Sequence record: PZ534515.1
Length of the DNA stretch: 64,000 bases
Strand: one strand, 5' to 3'
DNA from: a phage
How positions within the stretch are numbered: the first letter of the stretch is position 1; every line of letters begins with the position of its first letter. The translations under genes and the position numbers were made by a program. Below the pieces are notes generated by a model, which ran no database searches, was not told the DNA's origin, and was given only the letters and a program-made list of their open reading frames with translations. This document shows positions 25,241 through 35,977 of this stretch, in pieces.

Positions 25241-26098
25241 ATGTCTAAAGTTGTTAAAATGAAAGCTCCGGTAGAGAAGTACAACGGTACTGAACGTCAA
25301 ACTCTGCGTTACCTGCTGAAAGATGTTTGGTTTTATTACCTGAACACTTCACCACGTCCGGGAAAAGGTAAATCCATTGATAAGAAATTCCCAGGCAAAG
25401 ACTGCAACTACAGTGTTTCAATTCTGGCAGAAGATGGTAACAAACTGTTTAAAGAGTTCACTAAGTCTAAGAAAAACCCAGAAGGTTGGGATAAAGTTAC
25501 TACTGAAGCAGTTGATGCAGATGACTTCGAAGAGAAGTTTGGTTGCAAACCACCATTTGAAGCAGACACTTACTACATCCTGAAAGTAAGTCGTGCAGCA
25601 GCTTATAAGGATGGTGCTGTGTGGACAGCTAAACAGTCATTCCCTGTAATGCTGATTGAAGAAGTAAACGGTAAGCGTGTAGCTGTTAAACAGCCGATGA
25701 AGAAAATCAAAGCTCAAGCATCTGATAAACATGAAGATGACAAGAACTATGATGTAATTCATCCAGATATTGCAGTCGGTAACGGTTCTTTCGGTAGTGT
25801 GATTCTTTCTACTCACTTCTACACTTTTGAGAACAATGTTCTGACAAAACCTATTCAGGAACAGTTTATCATTGATACCCTTGTACCTTACACTGGTGGT
25901 AACGGTGCTAACGGTGAACCTGAACTGGATGAAGACGAACTGGCTATGCTTGGTCTTGATGGTGTTGAAGATAACGGTGAAATCACTGAAGAAGACGCAA
26001 CAGACCACAAACCTTCTAATGCTTCTGATGATGGCGACGATGAAGACTTGCCAGACCCAGATGATGAAGAAGATGAAGACTTCGATACAGAAGACTAA
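25241..26098 (+). CDS. ssDNA-binding protein-like (gp2.5-type acidic C-terminal tail)
   Basis: C-terminus DDGDDEDLPDPDDEEDEDFDTED (acidic tail with a Phe near the end). Confidence 0.55.
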   Translation: MSKVVKMKAPVEKYNGTERQTLRYLLKDVWFYYLNTSPRPGKGKSIDKKFPGKDCNYSVSILAEDGNKLFKEFTKSKKNPEGWDKVTTEAVDADDFEEKFGCKPPFEADTYYILKVSRAAAYKDGAVWTAKQSFPVMLIEEVNGKRVAVKQPMKKIKAQASDKHEDDKNYDVIHPDIAVGNGSFGSVILSTHFYTFENNVLTKPIQEQFIIDTLVPYTGGNGANGEPELDEDELAMLGLDGVEDNGEITEEDATDHKPSNASDDGDDEDLPDPDDEEDEDFDTED

Positions 26099-26115
26099 TC
26101 TCTAAAAGTTACTTT

Positions 26116-26145
26116 AAAGCCCTGTACTTAGTATGGGGCTTTTTC
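26116..26145 (+). terminator. intrinsic terminator
   Basis: aaagccc-loop-gggcttttt. Confidence 0.5.
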
Positions 26146-26160
26146 ATATGGAGAGTCACA

Positions 26161-27201
26161 ATGGAGAAGTATACACTAACAAAACTTCCCGATTCAGTTA
26201 CACATGTCTTTATTGACTCTGACAGTATTGCCTATAAAGGTGCTTGTGTAGTTGAGAAAGCAAAATATAAATATGTCAATAAACTCACAGCAGAAGAGTC
26301 TGAACCATTTGATAATGCAAAAGATGCTGCAAGATGGTTAGCAGACCAGAGAATCCTTGTAGAAGAGCTTGGCCTAACATTTGATGAAGATGAATGGGAA
26401 AGACAGACTTGGAAAGAAGCTAAGAGTGAAAAAGAAGCTATCATGGCTACTCAGCAGGTTCTTCAGGAATGGCTTAAGGTTGTTGGTAAAGAAAGAACTT
26501 GGGTAGGTTATTTAACAGAGAAGGGTGTACATAAACATAAAGATATTAAAGGTCTTGAGCACCAATATCAAGGTAACCGTAAAGATGCTGTCACACCAAC
26601 ACACTTAGTCGCTTGTCGTGAATATCTTTTATCCAGACCAGAGTTCAAACTCTTAAAGGGTGGATTCGAAGCTGATTCAATCGTAATTGCTAAAGCTGAG
26701 AAGATGGGTAAAAAGGCTGCTCTTATGAGTATTGACAAAGACCTTCGACAAGCTGAAGGGACTTATTGTATTGATATGACTTATGAAAAGTCACCACTAA
26801 TTTTTATTGCTGACAATAATGTTGGTGATATCTGGGATTGCCCTATCAAATCAAAACCAAAAGCTGCAAAAACAGTTGGTGTAGGTTTTAAATTCTTGTG
26901 TTATCAGGCTGTTGCTGGAGATAATGCAGACAACTACTTCGGCCTTAAAGGTGCTGGCAAAGTAGCTGTGATGAATGCTTTGGATGGTAAAGATACCTAC
27001 AAAGAGTGTCTTGATGCTATCTATGAACTCTATGCTAAAAAAGAGTCTTACACCTATGTATCATGGGATGGACAGACTGTTACCAAAACGCCATTAGAGT
27101 TAATGGAACAGCATTTCTTCCTAGCTTATCAAGAGAGAAATCCAAAAGATAATTTCTCTTTTAAGAAATATAATTGGGAGCCATGTATGAATGAAGATTA
27201 A
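26161..27201 (+). CDS. RNase H / 5'-3' exonuclease (FEN family, T4 rnh-like)
   Basis: FIDSDSIAYK, EADSIVIA and SIDKDL segments match the T4 RNase H acidic-cluster pattern. Confidence 0.65.
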   Translation: MEKYTLTKLPDSVTHVFIDSDSIAYKGACVVEKAKYKYVNKLTAEESEPFDNAKDAARWLADQRILVEELGLTFDEDEWERQTWKEAKSEKEAIMATQQVLQEWLKVVGKERTWVGYLTEKGVHKHKDIKGLEHQYQGNRKDAVTPTHLVACREYLLSRPEFKLLKGGFEADSIVIAKAEKMGKKAALMSIDKDLRQAEGTYCIDMTYEKSPLIFIADNNVGDIWDCPIKSKPKAAKTVGVGFKFLCYQAVAGDNADNYFGLKGAGKVAVMNALDGKDTYKECLDAIYELYAKKESYTYVSWDGQTVTKTPLELMEQHFFLAYQERNPKDNFSFKKYNWEPCMNED

Positions 27202-27688
27202 AGGATTTGGCAATTGTCCCACCTATGGACATTGGGTATCTTTATGTGGGGAAGTTGACCCCACTAAACATTTTGGTTTTGTCTATTTAGTACACTGTAA
27301 GAAAACCGGACAATATTATATCGGAAAGAAACAGCTTAATAGCGTGACCAAAAGAAAAGTTGCTGGCAAGACTCGGAAGAAGGTAGTCACTAAGGAGAGT
27401 GATTGGATGACTTATGAGACTTCTTCTGAGTATATTAAAAAAGATATCGAGAGCTTTGGAAAGGAATTTTTTGACTTTTACATTATCCAAACCTACTACA
27501 CGAAAGGTGGCCTAGTTTATGGTGAAGCAAACCTCCAACATAAATTCGATGTAATGACAAAAAGGATTGACTCTAAGCTCAGACTCTTCTACAATGCCAA
27601 TATTGCAGCAATTAAGTTTATTACTAAAGAAACTTATGAAGATGCTGAAAAAAGAATCCATAAGGTAATGAAAGCAAACTGTGCTTGA
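27191..27688 (+). CDS. GIY-YIG homing endonuclease (free-standing)
   Basis: GFVYLVHCKKTGQYYIGKK matches the GIY...YIG motif. Confidence 0.6.
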   Translation: MKIKGFGNCPTYGHWVSLCGEVDPTKHFGFVYLVHCKKTGQYYIGKKQLNSVTKRKVAGKTRKKVVTKESDWMTYETSSEYIKKDIESFGKEFFDFYIIQTYYTKGGLVYGEANLQHKFDVMTKRIDSKLRLFYNANIAAIKFITKETYEDAEKRIHKVMKANCA

Positions 27689-27694
27689 TAACTG

Positions 27695-27958
27695 TTGAGA
27701 GAGAATAAAATGTTTAACAAAAGTAAAGCTGTGAGTCATGTAGCAAAAGTTGACAGCAAGATTGAAGAACTTGAGCGCATTCTTGCAAATGCCAGAGAGT
27801 CAATAATTAAAGAAGTTGAAGCTGTTGAATCTCAAATGCAGCACCTAATGCTTAAACGTCAAGAGCTACGTGAGCATCTAGAATATATTGAAACGCGAGA
27901 GCTAAAGGTTAACAAATATTTTAAGGAGTCCGAATGTTTAACTCAAGAGAATCAGTAA
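27695..27958 (+). CDS. hypothetical coiled-coil protein
   Basis: 87 aa ORF. Confidence 0.4.
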   Translation: MRENKMFNKSKAVSHVAKVDSKIEELERILANARESIIKEVEAVESQMQHLMLKRQELREHLEYIETRELKVNKYFKESECLTQENQ

Positions 27959-28689
27959 AAAACTGGAACCTTCGTTGTGGGAACACTCAAAAGCAACCTT
28001 ACAGTGACGAGTATTGGGAATCTTTAAAGTCTCAATCTCTATGTATGCTTGAAGAAGCAAAAGAGCTTGTGAAAGCAATTGAAGAGAAAGACCCCATTGA
28101 GACACTCGATGCTCAGGCAGATTTGCAATATGTTCTTGACGGTTTGATTTACCTGTCACAACATGACCATAACGGTGCTATGAAAGCTGTTTGCCATAAT
28201 AATGACCTGAAGTACACAGATGACTATGAAGAAGCTTTAAAACGTCTTGCAGATATTGAGAAGCGTACTGGTCAAGAGTGTATTATTCGAATGTCAGTGG
28301 TTGATGGTAAAGAGTGGTATGCGATTGTCCGTGCAGCCGATGGGAAGATTATGAAGCAATCAAATCTCCCTAAAGTACAGCTTGGTGAATACATTGTAGA
28401 GCTTGAAAGCCAAGAACTTTTTGTGGTAGTATCTGAGACATGCGTTATCTGCAAAGGTATTGTAGGTAGCTTAAAGGATTTGGGTGTAGATGGTTTTGTA
28501 GAAGTTAATCCAATTACCTCTAAAGCAGATAAAGATTTCTGTAAAGAGAATGGACTATGGATTGCAGATATTGTCTACTATGATGGTGAGCAGTTCCATG
28601 TAACCTCATACCCGAAACTGAATTATGATGCTAATAACCTGAAGTGCTGGTTAAAAGGGGTTGGTTATAATGGATTCACAGAACATTAA
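27934..28689 (+). CDS. MazG-like nucleotide pyrophosphohydrolase domain protein
   Basis: EEAKELVKAIEEKDPIETLDAQADLQYVL fits the MazG EExxEL...D...E..D pattern. Confidence 0.4.
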   Translation: MFNSRESVKNWNLRCGNTQKQPYSDEYWESLKSQSLCMLEEAKELVKAIEEKDPIETLDAQADLQYVLDGLIYLSQHDHNGAMKAVCHNNDLKYTDDYEEALKRLADIEKRTGQECIIRMSVVDGKEWYAIVRAADGKIMKQSNLPKVQLGEYIVELESQELFVVVSETCVICKGIVGSLKDLGVDGFVEVNPITSKADKDFCKENGLWIADIVYYDGEQFHVTSYPKLNYDANNLKCWLKGVGYNGFTEH

Positions 28690-28993
28690 TAAAGAGGTTG
28701 TGGCTCAGAAGAGCCACTTCTCAAACTACAATATTTCTATGACGGTGTTTATGAATGACCCGTTACTTGAGAAGTATGGTGAGACTCCAGATACACTTCT
28801 GGATAATGAACAAGTTTTAAAAGCAGTCCTGTACAAATATGGGATTGATATTGAGAAAGAATATTCCTTTGAAATCTGCCTACACAGAAATACTTTTGGT
28901 AAAGTTGTAATGGCTCCACTCTTCATGGGTGTAGAAAGAACTGACTATGGTTGGTTATATCTAAAAAGAAACTTGGAGAAATACCGTGTCTAA
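28661..28993 (+). CDS. hypothetical protein
   Basis: 110 aa ORF. Confidence 0.4.
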   Translation: MVIMDSQNINKEVVAQKSHFSNYNISMTVFMNDPLLEKYGETPDTLLDNEQVLKAVLYKYGIDIEKEYSFEICLHRNTFGKVVMAPLFMGVERTDYGWLYLKRNLEKYRV

Positions 28994-29324
28994 AGCAAAA
29001 AAGTTATCTTATGATGACATTATCTCAGGTGCTAAGTTAGGTGTTGACAGTATCGGACAAGATGTTAAGCACGGAGACACAGTTATGTACTGTGATGACC
29101 GAAGAGGTAGAAGTGCAATCTTGTTTGGAAGAGTTGTTTGCAAAATGCGAGGCAATTACGTTGTTGCAGACATGGATGTGAATGTCACACAAAAACTTGA
29201 AACAATTATGGATAATAATACATCATCATGGTTCTCCCTGAATTGTATGCACACATCTTCAGTCACAAAGGTAAGTGATAAGTTTTACGATATGTGGCAG
29301 AATGAGCAAATTTTCAAGATTTAA
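28986..29324 (+). CDS. hypothetical protein
   Basis: 112 aa ORF. Confidence 0.45.
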   Translation: MSKAKKLSYDDIISGAKLGVDSIGQDVKHGDTVMYCDDRRGRSAILFGRVVCKMRGNYVVADMDVNVTQKLETIMDNNTSSWFSLNCMHTSSVTKVSDKFYDMWQNEQIFKI

Positions 29325-29328
29325 ACTA

Positions 29329-29353
29329 GGGAGCCTCTTCGGAGGCTCTTTTC
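29329..29353 (+). terminator. intrinsic terminator
   Basis: ggagcctc-ttcg-gaggctc then tttt. Confidence 0.6.
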
Positions 29354-29370
29354 ATCTGTAGGATTTAAAA

Positions 29371-31605
29371 ATGATTAAGACAATTAAAAAATCAAACGGT
29401 ACAGTAGTAAACTTTGACCCAGAAAGACTGAATAAGTGGGCATCATGGGCAGATAAGCGTGGAATTATCTGGTCAGAAGTCACTATGGAAGCCATGAAAC
29501 GTGTCTACGAGGGTTGCACTACAAAAGAGATGCACCAAGCCATGATTGATGTTTGTGTTGATAAACAAACTCAAGAGTACTCAGACATGGCTGGACGGCT
29601 ACTTCTGGGGATTATCTACAAAGAAGCCTTTGGAGGCTTTACTAAGGTTCCTACGCTGGTTACCTTCGTTAAAAATATGGAGAGAGCAGGACTTTGGGAG
29701 AAGATGGACTATTCTCAGGAAGAGCTTGAATATCTGCAAGGGTACATTGTGCACTCAAAAGATATCTCTTACGGTTATGCAGTTTTGAAACAGTTCAGAG
29801 ACAAGTATGGTATCCGTGATATTAAAACGGGAAGACTTTTTGAGTCACCACAATTTATGTTTATGGGTATGGCTATGAAAGCCTTTGAGAAGCAACCAAA
29901 GCACCGTAGACTGCAAGATGTTATCAAGCTGTACACTTACCTATCTGACCTGAAGATTAATGCTCCTACGCCTTATCTGAATGGTTTAAGAGCTACTAAA
30001 TCAGGTTATGCGTCATGCTGTTTGATTAAGGCAAATGATACCGCTGAGTCTCTAGGTATTGCTGCAAAGGTTGCCTATGACATGACCACAAAGCAAGCTG
30101 GTATTGGTATGCTGATGGAGACTCGCACTATTGGTGATGGTATCCGTCAAAACACTATTGAGCACATGGGTAAACTGCCTTATTACAAGCTTGTACGCTC
30201 ATCTGTAGAGGCAAACAAACAGAAGAGTCGTGGTGGTTCAGCTAACAACTTCTACACTGCTCTAGACCCGCAGATTGAAGATTTACTGCGTTTGAAGCAT
30301 CCTACAACGGTTCCTTCTAAACGTATTAACGAGATGGACTACTCATTTGGTACAAATGATTACTTCTGGCAGTGTGTTCAATATGATACAGACTGGTTGC
30401 TATTCTCTTACAAGGATGCACCAAAGCTCTATGACATGTTCTACACAGCATCTGCTGATGAGTTTGCTATGGCAGTTGGTCATGCAGTGCATTCAGGTGT
30501 CAAACACAGACGTGTGAAGGCTCGTGAAATTGCTAAACTGTTTATCCAGCAGCGTTATGCAACAGGCCGTGTGTATCCATTCTTCACAAATAATGCAAAC
30601 ACACATACACCATTTAAAGAGCCTTTGAAGATGTCAAATCTTTGTATGGAAATTGTGTTGCCAGTGTACGGCTTTGAGAAAGAGACAGACCTTTACAGAG
30701 ATGACGCTGTGAAAGAGGATGGTGAGGTAGCTCTTTGCTTCCTAGCTAGTTTGGTTGCAGGGAGAATTTCAGAAGATGAATACGCTGACGTTGCTTATTA
30801 TGCTCTTGCAATGGTTGACTCCGTTATTGACCTTATGGATTATCCGTATCCGTCGATGCGTAACCATGTTCAGAAGCGTCGTTCTGTTGGGATTGGCCTT
30901 ACAAATGTGGCTCATTACCTTGCGAAAAACTACGTGAACTATTCTTCAAGAGCAGGTAAGACAAAGCTCCATGAGCTTGCTGAAATGCACTCTTACTACT
31001 TACATGAAGCCTCTTTAAGACTTGCTAAAGAACGTGGTGTGCCTGAGTATATGCAGTTCACTAAGTATCCTGAAGGTTGGGTTCCTCCGAAGACAGCTAA
31101 CAGGAAGATTGATGAGAAGCATGATGCAAAACTTCGTTATGATTGGGATGACTTAGCACAACGTATTAAAGAAAATGGTGGAATCCGTAACTCTGTATTA
31201 GAAGCTTACATGCCTAATGAGAGTTCTTCACTGGCAACTAATACGACAAATGGCTTGTACCCAATTCGTGACTTTATTTTAACTAAAAAGTCTGCAACTG
31301 GTAACGTGCTGTTTATTGTTCCAGATTACGAAGAGTTGAAGTATGTCTATGAAATTGCTTGGGATATTGACACCTTTGACCTGATTGATTGTTATGCAAT
31401 TGTTCAAAAGTTCACTGGTCAAGCTATCTCTTCAGATTTCTATGTTGACTATGCAAAGTCTAAGAAGGTATCATTGGCTCAAGCTTTGAAGTACATGATT
31501 TATGCCAACTCAGTAGGTATGAAAACCATGTACTACCTTAACAGTCGCATTGGTGTAGGTAAATCTGCACTGCAAGATGCTTATTGCGAGGGTTGTGGTG
31601 TTTAG
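29371..31605 (+). CDS. nrdA: ribonucleotide reductase large subunit (class I)
   Basis: 744 aa, C-terminal Cys pair (CEGCGV), followed by nrdB and a glutaredoxin-like gene. Confidence 0.8.
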   Translation: MIKTIKKSNGTVVNFDPERLNKWASWADKRGIIWSEVTMEAMKRVYEGCTTKEMHQAMIDVCVDKQTQEYSDMAGRLLLGIIYKEAFGGFTKVPTLVTFVKNMERAGLWEKMDYSQEELEYLQGYIVHSKDISYGYAVLKQFRDKYGIRDIKTGRLFESPQFMFMGMAMKAFEKQPKHRRLQDVIKLYTYLSDLKINAPTPYLNGLRATKSGYASCCLIKANDTAESLGIAAKVAYDMTTKQAGIGMLMETRTIGDGIRQNTIEHMGKLPYYKLVRSSVEANKQKSRGGSANNFYTALDPQIEDLLRLKHPTTVPSKRINEMDYSFGTNDYFWQCVQYDTDWLLFSYKDAPKLYDMFYTASADEFAMAVGHAVHSGVKHRRVKAREIAKLFIQQRYATGRVYPFFTNNANTHTPFKEPLKMSNLCMEIVLPVYGFEKETDLYRDDAVKEDGEVALCFLASLVAGRISEDEYADVAYYALAMVDSVIDLMDYPYPSMRNHVQKRRSVGIGLTNVAHYLAKNYVNYSSRAGKTKLHELAEMHSYYLHEASLRLAKERGVPEYMQFTKYPEGWVPPKTANRKIDEKHDAKLRYDWDDLAQRIKENGGIRNSVLEAYMPNESSSLATNTTNGLYPIRDFILTKKSATGNVLFIVPDYEELKYVYEIAWDIDTFDLIDCYAIVQKFTGQAISSDFYVDYAKSKKVSLAQALKYMIYANSVGMKTMYYLNSRIGVGKSALQDAYCEGCGV

Positions 31606-31659
31606 TTTTAATAACTACGAGGGTCGTAAAAGACCCTCTAAAATTAACTTTGGAGAAAC

Positions 31660-31918
31660 TATGAAAGATTTAATAGCAAATCATGAGTGGCCCATATATT
31701 TGCTCCATAAACCTCGGAAAACGCTGTACTATGTGAGTAGCACAGATATGATGATAAAACAAAATGATGACTCATGGGTCGCTGGTGTCTCTTACATCTC
31801 TACAGCAGATGGTAAAATCTATGCAAGACCTTATGACATGTTTAACAAAGAAAATTGGGAAGTTTTAGACAGAAAACAAGCCTTAGAGATGATAAAGAAA
31901 GGAGAAATCACACTATGA
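31660..31918 (+). CDS. hypothetical protein between nrdA and nrdB
   Basis: Track ORF 31577..31918; start placed at internal ATG after a hairpin. Confidence 0.35.
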
Positions 31919-32988
31919 TTAACCAACACCCAATCTTTTTAGGTGGTGAGAGAAAAACATTTGACTCACTTAATAAGCACTACCCAAAAATCTTTGAGCT
32001 ATATAAACAACAAAAAGCACAAGACTGGTCAGAAGATGAGTTCCCTTTTGAACAATCACGTCTTGATTTTGAGAGTGTACCAGCATCAATGTCAGGTGTA
32101 ATGCTTGAGATTCTTAAGTGGCAATGGGAAGCAGATACCCAAGTTGCTAAGAGTTTAGCATTCGCCTTTGCACCATTTATCTCTGATGACATTTATGCAA
32201 CTGCAATTATGAAGCAGTCTGAGATTGAAAACCTACATGCTCTTACTTACTCAGAGATTGTAAGGCAATGTATTAAAAATCCTGAAACAATCTTAGATGA
32301 GATTAACCAGAACATTGCTGTACAAGACCGATTAAAAACTGTGAATCGTGTTCTTGAAGAATTACTAGATGAAGGCATAAACTATCGTCTGAGTTATGTC
32401 CGTGACTCGCTTCTGGACAAAGACCCTTTACACTTCCATAAAGTGATTCTAAAAGGTCTATTTGCAGTGACTGCACTTGAAGGTATTTCTTTTATGGCAT
32501 CCTTTGCATGTACTTTTGCACTTGATGCTCAAGATAAATTTCAAGGTATTGCTCAAGCTGTCCAGAAAATTATGCTTGACGAAATCCTTCACACTAAAAT
32601 TGATATTGAAGTTTTAAAAGAAACTTTAAGAGATGATGAGTGGCAAAAAGCTTTCCAACAAATTCTTCCAGAGATTAAAGTAATCTTAGATGAAGTAGTT
32701 GAAAGCGAAGAGAAATGGTCGTATTATATCTTCTCCGAAGGACGCGCTGTAGTTGGATTAAATACAAAGCTTCTTCATGAGTGGGTTTACTATAATGCTG
32801 CCCCACTGTATGATATGTTTGGCATTCCCAGAGATTTTGTAGCTCCTAAAGAACCACCTTTGAAGTATATGATTAAGAAGATGGAAATTGATAAAGAGCA
32901 GAATGCTAATCAGGAGCAACAGAACGGTGCGTACTTATTGAATACTGTTGTAGATGATTTGAATAGTGGATTTTTAGAGGTTCCTTAA
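31915..32988 (+). CDS. nrdB: ribonucleotide reductase small subunit (class I)
   Basis: Start ATG 31915 with aaggag RBS; size and position after nrdA. Confidence 0.7.
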   Translation: MINQHPIFLGGERKTFDSLNKHYPKIFELYKQQKAQDWSEDEFPFEQSRLDFESVPASMSGVMLEILKWQWEADTQVAKSLAFAFAPFISDDIYATAIMKQSEIENLHALTYSEIVRQCIKNPETILDEINQNIAVQDRLKTVNRVLEELLDEGINYRLSYVRDSLLDKDPLHFHKVILKGLFAVTALEGISFMASFACTFALDAQDKFQGIAQAVQKIMLDEILHTKIDIEVLKETLRDDEWQKAFQQILPEIKVILDEVVESEEKWSYYIFSEGRAVVGLNTKLLHEWVYYNAAPLYDMFGIPRDFVAPKEPPLKYMIKKMEIDKEQNANQEQQNGAYLLNTVVDDLNSGFLEVP

Positions 32989-33230
32989 TGACTTATGTAA
33001 TTTACTCCAAAACTGGATGCCCTCAGTGTGAGACTGCAAAGAATTTTGCGAAAGCTCGTGGTATTGACCATGTTGTGAGAATGTTAGGGCAGGATTATGA
33101 ACTGTCAGACCTGATGGATATTGCACAGATGCCAGTTCGTCAGATGCCATTCATCATGAAGACTGACGGTCAAAACCTAAAACCTGTTGGAACGCTACAG
33201 AATTTTATGGCAGAGGTGAATAATGCTTAA
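32988..33230 (+). CDS. nrdH: glutaredoxin/NrdH-like redoxin
   Basis: CPQC active-site motif near N-terminus, 80 aa, ATGA overlap with nrdB. Confidence 0.6.
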   Translation: MTYVIYSKTGCPQCETAKNFAKARGIDHVVRMLGQDYELSDLMDIAQMPVRQMPFIMKTDGQNLKPVGTLQNFMAEVNNA

Positions 33231-33435
33231 ACGCCTTTGGGAAGGTTTGGTTGTTGATTCACCAGCTATTGTGATTGGTATGCTTGTTGTTAACCTATTT
33301 ACTGATTTTGAACAAGGTTCGTTGTTCGGAGCCATGTTACTATGGGTTATCTTTGAAATATTAGAGATACAGTTAGGCATCACTGAAAAACTAAGAGAAC
33401 TCTTTTCGAAGTTTTCTAAAAAGATTTAAAATGAA

Positions 33436-33458
33436 AGGGTCTCTTCGGAGACCTTTTT
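33436..33458 (+). terminator. intrinsic terminator
   Basis: ggtctc-ttcg-gagacc then ttttt. Confidence 0.6.
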
Positions 33459-33477
33459 AGCATGTAAAGGGGCAATA

Positions 33478-35622
33478 ATGAACAAAGTACAAATTATTAA
33501 AAAGAATGGCTCACTTGAAGAACCGGATATCAAAAAAGTTTTAGCAGCAGTCACAAAGTCGGCTAACAGGGTTGGGTATAAAGAACTTCCACCAGATGTT
33601 ACCCAAGCTCTTGAGTCAGCATTTATGAGGATTCTGGTAAAGTCCACTAAGCAGAATAATTTGCTCATCTCAGTAAACGATATTCACAGTATTGTTGAGG
33701 GTGCTTTGGCAGAAGTAAATCACGAGATTTATGAGTCTTACTCAACATATAGAAATTACCGTAAAGAGGTTGCTCAAAATTGGGATGAGCTTTACCAGAA
33801 GACTAAAGACACGCTCTTCTTAGGTGACCGTGAAAATGCTAACTTTGACAGCAGTTTAATTTCTACAAAAGGTTCAATTATTCGTGGTTACCTGACTAAA
33901 GAAATCTTTAAACAGTACCATCTAACACCAGAGGAACTTGAAGCCATTGAAAAAGGGTTTATCTATATCCATGATTTAAGAGACCTGATTTTTGGTGGTA
34001 TCAACTGTTGCCTGTTCGACATTGGTAAAGTACTGAAAGGTGGCTTTGAAATGTCTGGCATCGAATACTGTGAACCAAAGTCTGTGCTGTCAGCCTTACA
34101 GGTTATCGGTGATGTAGTTCTTTCAGCAACTGCACAGCAATTTGGTGGTTTTACTTTAGCAGAGATTGATAAGGTGCTTGTACCATATGCTAAGAAGTCT
34201 CTACGCTATCATGCTGAGAAAGCAGCATCTTACGGTATTCCTAAAGAACATTACCATAACTATGTCATGGAGCAGCTACAGATTGAATTAACTCAAGGCT
34301 TCCAGTCACTAGAGATGAAGCTAAATACTGTACCTTGTAGCCGTGGTGATTTCGCATTCACAACTTTAACATTTGGTTTACTTGACTCAGATATGTCTAA
34401 TGAAGACAACCGACTACAATACATGATTGCAAACACTATTCTTGATGTTCGCATGAATGGACAAGGTAAGAGCAAGAAGCCTGTTGTATTCCCTAAACTG
34501 GTTTATATTCATGACCAGAAGAGACACGATGAGAATATCTGTCAAGGTCAACTGTACAGTAAAGCTATTGAGTGTTGCTCTAAAGCAATGTATCCAGATT
34601 TCTTAAGCGTCTCTGGTCATGGTGCTGTAGCAGAAGCTTTTGAGCGTTCTGGCAAGGTAATTTCACCGATGGGTTGCAGAGCCTTCTTATCTCCATATCT
34701 TAATGAGGATGGGGAAGAGTTCTATGTTGGTCGTGCTAACATTGGTGCTGTATCTTTGAACTTACCAATGATTTACCAGTATTCTAAAGAGAATGGTTTA
34801 GATTTCTGGAAAGAGCTTGATAAGTACCTAGAGATGATTCGCAGCTTCCACAAGAAACGCTACGAAATGATTGCTAACATGCCAGCAAGTTCTAACCCTC
34901 TGGCATTCACACAAGGTGGTCTGTACAAAGGGACTAAGAAACCTACTGACAAGGTTGGTTGGGATATCGTGAAGTCCTTCACAGCTTCTTTTGGGGTTAC
35001 TGCTCTGGATGAGTTGTCTGTTCTTGCTGAGGGTAAACGACTTCATGAAGTTGGAAGCTATAGCTTTGCATACGATGTTCTGGCATACATTAACATGAAA
35101 ACTGAAGAGTTTAAGAATGAAGATGGTTTCTTGTATGCGGTATATGGCACTCCAGCAGAATCACTTTGTGGAACTCAGCTAAAACAGTTCAGAGATATGT
35201 TTGGCGTTATCAAAGGTGTTTCTGACAAGGAATACTTTACAAACAGTTTCCATATGAATGTTGCAGCAGACATCTCACCATTTGAGAAGCAGGACTTAGA
35301 AGAGCCATTCTTCCATATCTGTAGAGGTGGTAGAATCCAGTATGTAAGGGTGGCTAACCCAGAAAACTTACCAGCACTTAAAAGTTGTATTACAAGAGGT
35401 ATGTTGAAAGGTTTTTATCAAGGACTTAACTTTGACTTAGCAATCTGTGAGCATTGTGGTAACAGACCAAAGGCTGATGTTGAAGAATGTGAGGTTTGCC
35501 ATTCACATGATATCTCTGTGATTAACAGGGTGTGTGGGTATCTTGGATGGACTAAGATTAAAGGCGAATCCCGAATGAACGATGCAAAAATCGCTGAGAT
35601 TCGTGATAGAATTTCTATGTAA
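33478..35622 (+). CDS. nrdD: anaerobic ribonucleoside-triphosphate reductase
   Basis: C-terminal zinc ribbon CEHCG...CEVCH and glycyl-radical motif RVCGYLG. Confidence 0.85.
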   Translation: MNKVQIIKKNGSLEEPDIKKVLAAVTKSANRVGYKELPPDVTQALESAFMRILVKSTKQNNLLISVNDIHSIVEGALAEVNHEIYESYSTYRNYRKEVAQNWDELYQKTKDTLFLGDRENANFDSSLISTKGSIIRGYLTKEIFKQYHLTPEELEAIEKGFIYIHDLRDLIFGGINCCLFDIGKVLKGGFEMSGIEYCEPKSVLSALQVIGDVVLSATAQQFGGFTLAEIDKVLVPYAKKSLRYHAEKAASYGIPKEHYHNYVMEQLQIELTQGFQSLEMKLNTVPCSRGDFAFTTLTFGLLDSDMSNEDNRLQYMIANTILDVRMNGQGKSKKPVVFPKLVYIHDQKRHDENICQGQLYSKAIECCSKAMYPDFLSVSGHGAVAEAFERSGKVISPMGCRAFLSPYLNEDGEEFYVGRANIGAVSLNLPMIYQYSKENGLDFWKELDKYLEMIRSFHKKRYEMIANMPASSNPLAFTQGGLYKGTKKPTDKVGWDIVKSFTASFGVTALDELSVLAEGKRLHEVGSYSFAYDVLAYINMKTEEFKNEDGFLYAVYGTPAESLCGTQLKQFRDMFGVIKGVSDKEYFTNSFHMNVAADISPFEKQDLEEPFFHICRGGRIQYVRVANPENLPALKSCITRGMLKGFYQGLNFDLAICEHCGNRPKADVEECEVCHSHDISVINRVCGYLGWTKIKGESRMNDAKIAEIRDRISM

Positions 35623-35632
35623 AACTTGACAA

Positions 35633-35671
35633 GGTGATGTGGGTCTTGATAGGCTTACATCACCTTTTTTA
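35633..35671 (+). terminator. intrinsic terminator
   Basis: ggtgatgt...acatcacc stem then tttttt. Confidence 0.55.
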
Positions 35672-35776
35672 TTGGATGTTAGACATGGCAGAGAGTATTA
35701 TTGGGTTGTTCATAGGTTCTGTCTTACTAGGGTTCTTTTTAGGACTTTCTTATTGTGAATTAAGAGGCAAGTTAAA

Positions 35777-35977
35777 ATGCTTAAAATATCAAAAGCACTG
35801 ACACCCATATTCCACATACTAGTCTTCTTCTTTGGGGTTAGTGTCATGGTATGGGGTTTTTCAGACCCACAATGGAGTTTCTCATATCACGGTCAGATGG
35901 ATTTATGGTCATGCTTCAAACCGTTTTTGGGGTTAGCTATAGCATTCAGTGCATTACCAACTAAGGTGAAATTATGA
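35777..35977 (+). CDS. small membrane protein
   Basis: Hydrophobic 66 aa ORF. Confidence 0.35.
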   Translation: MLKISKALTPIFHILVFFFGVSVMVWGFSDPQWSFSYHGQMDLWSCFKPFLGLAIAFSALPTKVKL

